Below, piece after piece: positions 54,555 through 64,000 of a stretch of 64,000 nucleotides of DNA; positions within the stretch are counted from its first letter, which is position 1; every line of letters begins with the position of its first letter. The notes beneath the pieces are model-generated. The model was not told where the DNA came from. It saw only the letters and a list, made by a program, of their open reading frames with translations, and made no database searches. Source of the stretch: Nitrospirota bacterium (GTDB taxonomy: Bacteria; Nitrospirota; UBA9217). A program made the translations under genes and the position numbers. The stretch lies in the NCBI GenBank assembly GCA_963796285.1, contig CAWCKW010000012.1, positions 672,001 through 736,000 on the forward strand, given 5' to 3'.

Positions 54555-54817
54555 CGATAACAATGGTATTTGATGTCGTATAGGTAAAATATAGGTAACA
54601 TAGAATGAGTTAATATCGTTCCGTTGGTTGTTTCAACTACGATCTTGCACCAGTGCGCGAGAAAAACGAATGCGGAATGTCATTGAAACGTGCATCTACG
54701 AAACCAGAGGCTCCGCAGTTTTGACAAATTGAAACGTTAATGATTTTCATCAGCTGCATTCGTTGATAAGAATCCCGTAACATTTCGTCACAGCGCCTCC
54801 TTGAGATATGGACCGCG

Positions 54818-55222
54818 CTAATCTGTCAGAAAACGTTCCATAAGAGACTTCATGTCTTTGCTGAACCGGTCTATATCGAAGGCCTTGTGGAGAAAGGCGT
54901 CCGCGCCCGCTTCGTAGCCCTTTTTTTCGTCTGCTTCAAGAGATGACGAGGTAACAAGGATCACGGGAATATGCTTCATCCGCTCATCGGCGCGAATTTT
55001 TTGCAACACATCGAAACCGCTCATGCCGGGCATTTTCAGGTCGAGAAGTATCAGCGAAGGCAAATCCGTCCCGCTGTGAAGAAGTTCGAGTGCGACTTCG
55101 CCGCGCGGGGCCGTTTCCAGATCCCATTTGCGGTCCATCCTTGCCAGGATTCTTTTGGCAATCTCGACATCGTCAAGATTGTCATCAATGATCAGAATCG
55201 TATGCGTCATGACAATCTCCAT
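54818..55222 (-). CDS. Single-domain response regulator (Rcp1-like)
   Basis: ILIIDDN, LILLDLKMPGMSG, VTSS, FLHK. Confidence 0.9.
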   Translation of the reverse strand: MEIVMTHTILIIDDNLDDVEIAKRILARMDRKWDLETAPRGEVALELLHSGTDLPSLILLDLKMPGMSGFDVLQKIRADERMKHIPVILVTSSSLEADEKKGYEAGADAFLHKAFDIDRFSKDMKSLMERFLTD

Positions 55223-55225
55223 AAA

Positions 55226-58200
55226 TCAGGTCAGCGTAAAAAAGATCGTTGCCCCTTTTCCTGTGTTGCCTTCCGCCCAGATCCTGCCGCCGTGACGGTG
55301 GATGATCCGCTCGACGATGGCAAGGCCGATTCCGCTCCCCTCGAACTCCTGGTCCGAATGAAGACGGTGAAAGGGCAGGAACATCTTTCCCATATATTTC
55401 GGGTCGAATCCGGCGCCGTTGTCTCTTATGTAATAGACGGTTTTCCCTTTTTCCTCAAAGGAGCCGAACTCCATGCGGGCGTTGTCTGTTTTCGATGTAA
55501 ACTTCCATGCATTGCCTATGAGGTTCGAAAGAACTATATTGATCAGCAGCGGGTCGGCAAAAGCGGTAAGCCCTTCCTTTATGTCGACCTCCACGCTCCT
55601 GCCGGCCTCGGCCTCGCGCAGTTCCGAAACAATGGTCAGGCCGCTTTGCTTACATCGACCTCGGCGCGTTCGATCTTCTGCCGGGATATTCGAGAAAGGT
55701 GCAAAAGGGCCTCCACGAGCTGGTTCATCTTCTCGGCACCCCGGCGGACCCTGGTCAGATAGTCCTTTGCCTGTTCATCGAGCCGGCCTGCGTAATCCTC
55801 CATCACGATCCTGGAGAACTCCGATACGGACCGAAGCGGCGCCCGCAGGTCGTGCGATACGGAATAGATGAAGGCTTCGAGTTCCTTGTTTACCGTCTCA
55901 AGTTCCGAAATCTTTCGTTTAAGGTCCTCTCTCGCTGAGAATGTTTCGCATCCTTTTTCCGCCTTATCGCGGTCGGTGATGTCACGCTCGGTGGTGGCAA
56001 TCGCCTCTATCTTTTCCCCGGTCTCGTCCCACACGGCCGTCGCGGTCAGCCAGATATCCAATACACGGCCGTCCTTGGTATTGCGCCGGGTCTCGAAAGA
56101 AAAGACGATTTCCCCGGCGGACAGCCTTCGGATCAGGTCGGTGTTTTCGGCGATCTTGTCGGGAGGCGTCATGTCGCGGATGGTCATCCGCAAGGCCTCG
56201 GCCTCGCTCCACCCGTACATATCCTGCGCGCCCCTGTTCCATGTCAGGATGTTGCCGTCCGGATCAAACAGAAGGATCGCATCATTGGAATCCATCACAA
56301 CCGTGGCCAGCCGGCGGGTCTGCTTCTCAGCCCGCCTCACCCGGGTTATGTCGCTGAAGGTAACAACCACGCCGTCTATCTTGCCCTTCTGCGTGCGATA
56401 CGGCAGGACGCGCACCAGGTAGTGCGATCCGTCGGCATGCTGCACTTCCCGCTCGATAACGTCTCCTCCCGCCGCGACGGCGCGGGCATCGGACAGCAGG
56501 TCGAAGTCGATGAGATTCATCGACAGGTCGCTGATCGGCCGGCCCGTGTCCGAGGGGATCAGCTTCAAGACCCGCGTGGTCGCCGGAGTGAAGAGCTTGA
56601 TTCGCAGCTCGCTGTCCAGAAAAAGCGTGGCGACCTCCGTGGATTTCAGGAAGTTGGCCATGTCGCTGTTGGCCGCATCCAATTTCTCGACCTTGTCCTG
56701 GAGCTGACTGTTTACAATGGCTCAATTCCTCATTGACCGACTGCAATTCCTCTTTGGAGGTCTCCAGTTCTTCGACCGTGGACTGCAGTTCCTCATTGGT
56801 GGAGACAACTTCCTCGTTGGAGACCCGAAGTTCTTCATTGGACGCCTGGAGCTCCCCGATAGTGGCCTGGAGCTCCTGCTGCGTGGCCCTCAATTCATCT
56901 TCGAGCTGCTTCACCGCTGTTTCGCTTTCGCCGCTTTGGGCCGTTCGGCAGCCGGGGTCGCGGGCCGGGGAATATCCTCGAAGATCACGGCCAGCAGCGG
57001 CTCGGCTTCGCCCCGCTTTGAAGCGGGAGCAATGGTGACGCGAACGAAAGGGCTGCCTTCATCCCGCGTGACCGGAACGCTATCCAGCAGGACCGTCTTG
57101 CTGGTCTCGATCGCCTTGTGCAATGCGGACCGCAGTTTTGTGGAAAGCCCTTCCTTGGCCATGTCCAGCAGGTTCAGGCTGGGCTCGGCCGTCGGCATAT
57201 TGAGATACTTGCCGGTCTGACCATGGAACTGGAGGATCTGTCCTTTCCGGTCGACCAATACGACGGCGGCGGCAAAATGATTCAGGAGCGCCTGCCTGGT
57301 TATGTCCGCAAAAGCGGCCACCGGAGGCTTGATCGCCGTTGGCACGGCAGGCGGCAGCACTCTCTTCTTTCCCGGCACGATCGGTGAATCCAGGATGATA
57401 GGGCGGGCTGGGATAAGGCGGCGAAAAAGCCTCGCCTTCTTCGAGACGACATCGAACAGGTCGTCGTGGCCGCCGATCCCCTCGGACTTGCCCAGGAACA
57501 GATACCCGCCGGGATTGAGCGCAAAGTTGAAAAGCGGAATGAGTTTGGTCTGCGTTTCGGCATCCAGATAGATCAGGAGATTGCGGCAACTAACGAGGTC
57601 CATTTTGGAAAAGGGAGGATCGGTAATCAGGTTTTGGACGGCAAAGACCACGGACTTGCGGACCGGCTCGATGACCTGATAGCCCCGGTCCTTCCTGATA
57701 AAGAACCTCGACAGGCGTTCGGGCGCCACGTCCACGGCAATGCTCTCCGGGTAGATGCCCTGCCGGGCGAATTCCAGTGCCTCCTCATCGATGTCCGTCG
57801 CGAATATCTGCACGGGGCAGTTCTTGCGGGCCGCAGCGACTTCCTCCATCAGCAGCATGGCCAGGGAATACGCCTCCTCGCCGGACGCGCAGCCTGCGAC
57901 CCAGACCCTCAAGCGGCTCGTCGGTCTGTTTGGCCCGGACCAGCGGAGCAATGGCCTTCTGACGGAGTTCCTCGAACGCCTCCGCGTCCCGGAAGAACGA
58001 TGTGACGTTGATGAGCAGGTCCTTGAATAACTGGTTTACCTCATCGGCGTCCTGCCGAAGCAGGTCATAATACCGGGCCAGGTCCGAGATGCGGTGCAGG
58101 CCCATGCGGCGTTCGATGCGTCTTACGATGGTGCTCTTCTTGTAGCATCTGAAATCGCTGCCCTTTTTGGCCAGCACAAGGGACAGAATGTCCTGAAGGC

Positions 58201-58945
58201 CTCCGGGTTTTCCTTCGGCCTCAAGGACAGCCGCCGGCTCTCCACCCCTGACATAAGGATGCCGAAGGTAGTTCAGGAGGGCTTCAGGCATGCGGTCCGG
58301 AGAAAGGACGAAATCCACCAGCCCTGTAGCGATCGCATTTTTAGGCATATCGTCGAATTGGGCCGTCTGCGGGTCCTGCGCGATGGCCAGCCCTCCGGCG
58401 CCGCGGATCGCCCGGACCCCCAGGGTCCCGTCCGAGCCGGCCCCGGAGAAGAGGATGCAGATCGCCCGTTCCTGCCGGTCCTCCGCCAAAGAGCGGAAGA
58501 AAAAGTCGATGGGCATCCGAATGCCGTCATGGGTGACAGGCTCGGCCAGGTACAGAACTCCCTCGCGAATTGCCAGGTATTGGTTAGGCGGAATGACATA
58601 GACGCAGTTGGGTTCAACAGGCAACGCATCATGGGCTTGAACAACCTTCATGCGCGTTTGCTGGGCCAGGATTTCCGCCAGCAGGCTCTCGTGCGTTGGA
58701 GCCAGATGCTGTATAACGACGAAGGCGGCACCGCTGTCAGCGGGCATGGACGTAAAGAAAGTCTTAAAGACCTCCAAAGAGCCGGCCGACCCGCCCATGC
58801 CGACCACCGGGATTGTCAAAGGACCGTCGGCAGGTCCGGCGGCTTCCTTATCAGACCCGGCGGGCTTGTGAGTTTCATCACCGTCCAAGTGTGCGGCTGA
58901 CTGTTTCCGCTGTGTAGTAGACTGCGGTTTGGCTTTTTTTATCAT
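55226..58945 (-). CDS. CheB/CheR-PAS-histidine kinase fusion (several frameshifts)
   Basis: GGSAGSL and SGAGSDG (CheB); [30 protein letters not shown] (CheR); NEEL coiled coil; PAS; SHDLRAP; NAWKF/DNGAGF/GSGIGL. Confidence 0.88.
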
Positions 58946-59069
58946 ATATCATCCGTGTATGCGAACAGTAAGACTGCCGATAAGCTATGAATAGTATAGC
59001 ACTTCATCATATCAACAGTCGCAGGGAGAAAGCTGTGGGCCATGAGAATTCGAACGTGGCTCTGTTTTT

Positions 59070-61478
59070 CTATAATTTGGAGAAATCATCCACCCGGATC
59101 ACCTCAATACGGGCAGCCAAAGCCAGACGCAAAATTTCCGCCTCGGCGCTTGTCACCACGCCTGCTCGGACCCCCTCTTCAAGGAGCAGGGCATCGGGTT
59201 GCTCCTTCAGTTTGCCGGCCCGCACCGCATCCCGCAGTTTTTTCTCGACCGGCTCAGCGGCGATGACTTTGGGCAACGCGTCTTCCAGTCGGCCCAGCGG
59301 CTCTGTCAAACTCTTAGGGAGAAACAGCCCGGCAGTCAAACGGTCCCTTGCCGAGGACGGTTCAAGCAGGATGCCCGCAACCCGGTGACCAAGGCGGTCA
59401 CTGGGTCCGGCAAACGGCCGGCCGAGCGGGAAAACGAGCAGCCTGAGAAGCCGGCCCGCCGGCTGATTCGGGAAGTTGCGCAGGAGGGCGACAAAACTCT
59501 CCTGGATCGTGAGAAGGCTTTCCTCACATGCCCATTGAACCAGCGGCCATTCATCCCGCGGCCGGTGCCGGTCCTCATACTGCTTGAGCACCGCCGAGAG
59601 CAGGTAGAGATTGCTGAGGATGTCCGCCAAGCGGCCGGACAGTTTTTCCTTGCGCTTCAAATTCCCGCCCAAAAGCATCAGCGCCGCATCGGCGGTCAGG
59701 GCAAAAGCCGCGCTCAGACGGGTAGCTTTCTGGAAATAGCGGCGGGCCGGACCGCCGGGAACTTTGACCAGCCGGCCGCCGGTCATTCCCAGGAAAAGAG
59801 TCCGCGCCACGTTGCTGATCATGAATCCGATGTGACCGAACAGTGCCCGATCGAAGAGCTCCAACCCCAGTCGCCGGTCCGGGTCGGCCGCCGCCCGCAT
59901 CTCTTGCTGAATATAGGGATGGCAGCGAATAGCGCCCTGGCCGAATATGATCATGGAACGGGTAAGTATATTGGCCCCTTCAACCGTAATCCCGATCGGC
60001 GCCGACTGATAGGTCCGGCCAAGGAAGTTGCGCGGGCCGAGGATGATACCGCCGCCGCCCTGTATATCCATGCCGTCATTGACCACCCTGCGCATCCTGT
60101 CGGTCAGATGGTATTTGACGATGGCTGAGAGCACCGCCGGTTTCCTGCCCTGGTCGATGGCGCCGCAGGTCATAACCCGCGCTGCATCCATCAGGTAGGT
60201 TGCGCCTCCGATCCTGGCCAGCGGCTCTTCGATCCCCTCAAAGCGGCCGATGGGGAGCTTGAATTGTTTGCGGATCCTCGCATAAGCGCCAATGGCGCGG
60301 GAAGTTAGTTTGCCGGCGCTGGTGCTGAGGGCAGGCAAAGAGATGCCACGGCCGGCAGCGAGGGTCTCCATGAGCATCCGCCATCCCTGGCCGGCCCCGG
60401 CAACACCGCCGATTATAAAATCGATGGGGATGAATACATCCTTACCCCAGGTGGGACCATTCTGGAACGGAATGCCGAGGGGATCGTGACGAGTGCCGAT
60501 GGTAATGCCGGGGAGTTTTGCGGGGACCAGAGCACAGGTGATGCCGATGTCCTCCTTGTCGCCGAGGAGGTGGTCGGGATCATGCAGCCTGAAGGCCAAA
60601 CCGATAATGGTCGCTATTGGGCCAAGGGTGATGTAACGTTTTTCCCAGGCGAGTCGGATGCCGAGTGTCTCTTTCCCCTCGAACACCCCGCGGCAGACGA
60701 TGCCGGTATCGGGAACGGACGCGGCGTCGCTTCCCGCCTCGGGCCCGGTCAGGGCGAAGCAGGGGACTTCCTCCCCCTTGGCAAGCCGCGGCAGATAGTG
60801 ATTCTTTTGCTGCTCTGTGCCATAGTGCAGCAGTAGTTCGGCGGGGCCAAGGGAGTTGGGGACCATCACGGTCACTGCGGCAGTAATGCTGCGGCTGGAT
60901 ATCTTCATGATCACCTGCGAATGAGCCAGGGCCGAGAACTGCAGCCCACCGTACTCCTTCGGGATGATCATACCGAAAAAGCCTTTGTCCTTGATGAACT
61001 GCCACACTTCCGGCGGCAGGTCGTGGAGTTCCTTGCAGATATTCCAGTCGTCGAGCATCAGGCAAAGCTCTTCCACCGGTCCATCGAGAAATGCCTGCTC
61101 CTCCGGAGTCAGTGCAGGAGCCGGTTCGGCCAGAAGTTTACGCCAGTCTGGTCGGCCGCTGAAGAGTTCTCCGTCCCACCAAACGGTGCCGGCCTCAAGC
61201 GCTTCCTGCTCCGTCTGGGACATGGGGGGGAGCAATTTTCGGAACAGGCCAAACAGCGGTCTGCTCAGGAGCATACGGCGGAGCGGCACGACATTCAAGA
61301 GTGCCGCCACCAGGACGAGGAAAAACCAGGCAGCCATGCTTCCCCCGGCGGTAACGATCCAATAGACCAAGAACGCCGTTACCACCGTGGTCCAGACCCA
61401 GAGCTTGGCCCGGAAATACGCCAATAACCAGACCAGAGATATCAACAGAACAATCGTCATGGCTCCCTCACTTGTCAT
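59070..61478 (-). CDS. fadE: Membrane-anchored acyl-CoA dehydrogenase
   Basis: TEQEALEAGTVWWD, MVPNSLGP, FALTGPEAGSDA, ITVEGANILTRS, C-terminal DUF1974-like region. Confidence 0.92.
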   Translation of the reverse strand: MTSEGAMTIVLLISLVWLLAYFRAKLWVWTTVVTAFLVYWIVTAGGSMAAWFFLVLVAALLNVVPLRRMLLSRPLFGLFRKLLPPMSQTEQEALEAGTVWWDGELFSGRPDWRKLLAEPAPALTPEEQAFLDGPVEELCLMLDDWNICKELHDLPPEVWQFIKDKGFFGMIIPKEYGGLQFSALAHSQVIMKISSRSITAAVTVMVPNSLGPAELLLHYGTEQQKNHYLPRLAKGEEVPCFALTGPEAGSDAASVPDTGIVCRGVFEGKETLGIRLAWEKRYITLGPIATIIGLAFRLHDPDHLLGDKEDIGITCALVPAKLPGITIGTRHDPLGIPFQNGPTWGKDVFIPIDFIIGGVAGAGQGWRMLMETLAAGRGISLPALSTSAGKLTSRAIGAYARIRKQFKLPIGRFEGIEEPLARIGGATYLMDAARVMTCGAIDQGRKPAVLSAIVKYHLTDRMRRVVNDGMDIQGGGGIILGPRNFLGRTYQSAPIGITVEGANILTRSMIIFGQGAIRCHPYIQQEMRAAADPDRRLGLELFDRALFGHIGFMISNVARTLFLGMTGGRLVKVPGGPARRYFQKATRLSAAFALTADAALMLLGGNLKRKEKLSGRLADILSNLYLLSAVLKQYEDRHRPRDEWPLVQWACEESLLTIQESFVALLRNFPNQPAGRLLRLLVFPLGRPFAGPSDRLGHRVAGILLEPSSARDRLTAGLFLPKSLTEPLGRLEDALPKVIAAEPVEKKLRDAVRAGKLKEQPDALLLEEGVRAGVVTSAEAEILRLALAARIEVIRVDDFSKL

Positions 61479-61654
61479 GCGAGAATACGATTACTTAACA
61501 GTTTATTAAAATAAAAAATCAATCCATTCGGAAGAGATGAAGATTGTTGATTTCAACGTAGTATGCAATTCCCATAAAACATGACTATTGCGGAGTACGT
61601 GAAATAACGTCCTATTCATAAAATATCATAACCATGGCACATTACGATCAGAAG

Positions 61655-62545
61655 TTACTTCCCCGACCTTTCCAACGACCTTTGCGAGAAAAGATCGTCC
61701 GCGAATTGTGTATGATACTTGATGCTTTCGATCGTTAACTCGGTCCGGTGATTCGTCTTTTTGTTCTCCATGTCCATCTTGAAAGGCGTCGGGATCCCGT
61801 CAATGGTCCTGATATCCGAAAAAACTCCGGTGCGATAAATAGCATTGTCCTGATAGTAATCGATCTTCAGATGGACCCAGAGGTCCTTTGCCACCCAGGC
61901 GATGTACTTGGTATATTTCCGGTGGATCTTCGGCGTCACTTCGACAACATAGCACGGTTTGCCGTCGATGACCTCTTCTTTCAAGATACTGAACTTGTAG
62001 TCATCCAGGTTCGGCGGCCCGCCGAAGTCATCGTACGAAAAATCAGACCCGAAGAACGAATCATCCTGAGAACTTGTGGCAATGCGCCGCACGCGCTTGT
62101 ACTCCGGGAAGTAGGCCCAGAGGTCGCGGTCGGAGAACGTATGGGCGTGGATCAGGAACCCGACGTTTTTCAGGTCCGGCGGAGAGTTGAATACGATGAG
62201 GACCTTATATGCCTCGGGGTCGGACTTCTTGCCATACTCCGTGAGCGTGCGCGTGCGCTTGCCGCCGCCCTTATCGAAGAGGACCATGGTCACTTCGGTC
62301 TTTCTGTCGAGAGACCTGGAGCGTTGCTCGTGGACCTTTTCATACACTTCGCGGCCGCTCATTGCGTTGGCGGGGGATGCAGAAGTCAGGAGCCAGGAGA
62401 CAGATATCAGGAGACAGAAGCACAAAGGACAGCCGGGAGATGAACAGACGAGGAGCAAAGCGTTTTTTGTGATGCACGCCGAAGGCAGTAATATCTTTAT
62501 CTGACTTCTGTCTCCTGACTTCTGTCTTCTGGGTTTCCTATTCAT
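61655..62545 (-). CDS. Outer-membrane lipoprotein-sorting (LolA-like) protein
   Basis: F.SPPDLKNVGFL, LWAYFP..KRVRRI, FFGSDFSYDD; ATG overlaps the upstream stop. Confidence 0.8.
   Translation of the reverse strand: MNRKPRRQKSGDRSQIKILLPSACITKNALLLVCSSPGCPLCFCLLISVSWLLTSASPANAMSGREVYEKVHEQRSRSLDRKTEVTMVLFDKGGGKRTRTLTEYGKKSDPEAYKVLIVFNSPPDLKNVGFLIHAHTFSDRDLWAYFPEYKRVRRIATSSQDDSFFGSDFSYDDFGGPPNLDDYKFSILKEEVIDGKPCYVVEVTPKIHRKYTKYIAWVAKDLWVHLKIDYYQDNAIYRTGVFSDIRTIDGIPTPFKMDMENKKTNHRTELTIESIKYHTQFADDLFSQRSLERSGK
62380..62532. repeat. Heptamer inverted array inside the 5' end of the LolA-like gene
   Basis: CAGAAGT CAGGAGC CAGGAGA CAGATAT CAGGAGA CAGAAGC ... CTGACTT CTGTCTC CTGACTT CTGTCTT. Confidence 0.7.
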
Positions 62546-64000
62546 ACGAAAGCGCCTCCACGATATTGGTCTTTGCCGCCCGCTGCGCAGGGTAAACGCC
62601 GGCAAGGGCAGAGAGCAAGGTAGACAGAACGATCGCCCAGAAGAGTGAAGCCGTTTGGACGTGATACTGCATGCTGGCGCCATAATCGCCTTTCAGAAAA
62701 CCCTCAAGGCTCGTCCAGCCGATGATGATGCCGGCACCGGCGCCGAGGGTGCCGCCGATGATGCCGAGGAGCATGGATTCGATCACGACCACGCGGGACA
62801 CCTGGCTCCTGAGCATGCCGATGGAGCGCAGGATGCCGATCTCGCGCGTGCGCTCCAGCACTGACGCGAGCAGGGTAACGATGATCCCGAAGCAGGCGAT
62901 GGTCATCGTGATGATGTTGATCGCGTGGTTGACGGCAAAGCCCTGATCGATGACCTTCCGGATCTCATTTTTAAATTCCCTGGACGGCAGCACAAAGAGC
63001 TGGCGATCACGCCCGAACCTTCGCGCGATCTCGTCCCTGACTGATTCCACCTGGTCCTTCTGCGTTACCCGCACCGAGAATGAGTCCGCCAGATACTCCT
63101 TCCAGTATTTATGATAGGTATGCATGTCCATAAGGATCGATCCTGAGTCCGAGCTGTAGTCGACGTTCACGACAGCGATCTTGAACTCGATCGGCCCCTC
63201 CGGTGTCGGGAGCACCATCGCATCGCCGGGCTTGAGGTGTTCCTGCGCTGCGACGGCTTCGTTCACGGCGATGTAATTCTGGTCCGGCAGAAGGCGCGCC
63301 ATGTCTTCGCGCTTGCCCTGTGCGAACTTGAAAGGGCTGTATACCATCCTTCGCTTGATATCCAGGGTGAGGAGCAGGATGCGCCTGCCGTGATAGTCGA
63401 TGTAGACCTTTCGGAACGGGTCTGCTGAGAGCACGCCGGGTACTTTTTCGATCTCTTTCCACATTTCGACGGGCATGGGGATGTTCTGCGCGCCGGTGGT
63501 CGCGATGGGGTGTCCCGAGGTCACGATGATGTCGCCCCGCACATAGGAGTCGATCCAGTCGAGGACGGACTGCTTGGTGCTGTAAAGGATCCCCGATGAG
63601 CTCACAAAAACAGAGATCCCGTAGAAGATGGCGGCCGCTGCCACGGCATTCCGGGTGATGTTCTTCTGGAGGTTCAAGCCGGCGAGCCGACCGGCGGCGC
63701 CCACCCGCGGCGAGATGGTCTTGCGAAAAATGAGGAGAAATACCTGGAGTATGGTCGGTGTCGCGAGCGAAACACCGAGCAGGAAAAAGATCGTAGCCAG
63801 GAACATGGCAGCGCTGTTGTGAAAGAGCGGTGATGCCGGAAAGGTCTTGTACATCAACAGGACCGTTGCAGCGGTGAGGACAAAAGACATTGCCGCGATC
63901 TTCAACCGTTTCCCTGAGAGAAAGCCTTCTTCGGAGTAGGGCGTTGATCGAATGGCCGACACGGGCGTGATGCGGGTGCTTGCCAGGGCAGGGAACAGCG
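62538..64000 (-). CDS. FtsX/LolE-like ABC transporter permease (5' end beyond the window)
   Basis: SVLERTREIGILRSIG, ESMLLG, YPAQRAA. Confidence 0.88.
   Translation of the reverse strand, partial: LFPALASTRITPVSAIRSTPYSEEGFLSGKRLKIAAMSFVLTAATVLLMYKTFPASPLFHNSAAMFLATIFFLLGVSLATPTILQVFLLIFRKTISPRVGAAGRLAGLNLQKNITRNAVAAAAIFYGISVFVSSSGILYSTKQSVLDWIDSYVRGDIIVTSGHPIATTGAQNIPMPVEMWKEIEKVPGVLSADPFRKVYIDYHGRRILLLTLDIKRRMVYSPFKFAQGKREDMARLLPDQNYIAVNEAVAAQEHLKPGDAMVLPTPEGPIEFKIAVVNVDYSSDSGSILMDMHTYHKYWKEYLADSFSVRVTQKDQVESVRDEIARRFGRDRQLFVLPSREFKNEIRKVIDQGFAVNHAINIITMTIACFGIIVTLLASVLERTREIGILRSIGMLRSQVSRVVVIESMLLGIIGGTLGAGAGIIIGWTSLEGFLKGDYGASMQYHVQTASLFWAIVLSTLLSALAGVYPAQRAAKTNIVEALSYE

Noticed and set aside
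54600-54817. intI remnant
   Set aside because: No integrase-like peptide was recognisable.

Overview
Bacterial chromosomal window, moderately GC-rich. Gene content and order suggest a Nitrospirota/Desulfobacterota-like organism, but that is inference only. 1-12.8 kb holds core genes (glmU, glmS, pcrA/uvrD, gatC-panD-gatA-gatB, SurA-N protein, REC-PilZ protein, M20 peptidase). 13-41.4 kb looks like two integrase-less islands stacked at the 3' end of a tRNA-Ala(GGC) gene (41395-41470, minus strand), delimited by tRNA fragments at ~13.03 kb and ~32.07 kb. The first is a partly decayed arsenic/metal/thiol-redox island that includes a probable UGA-readthrough selenoprotein and a CxxC/RPP leader-peptide candidate; the second is a cyclic beta-1,2-glucan synthase island. 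41.8-49.4 kb is a tandemly duplicated HEAT-repeat + HD-GYP gene pair whose two proteins share an unnamed N-terminal domain. 51.1-54.6 kb is an integrase-less integron cassette array (Pc-like promoter, attI-like site, three cassettes) with a 3'-truncated group IIC-attC intron inserted in an attC. The rest is a CheB/CheR-PAS-histidine kinase plus response regulator, fadE, and a LolA-like/ABC-permease operon. Single-base frameshifts in essential genes (glmS, gatA, gatB) indicate sequencing or assembly indels, so pseudogene calls are tentative.
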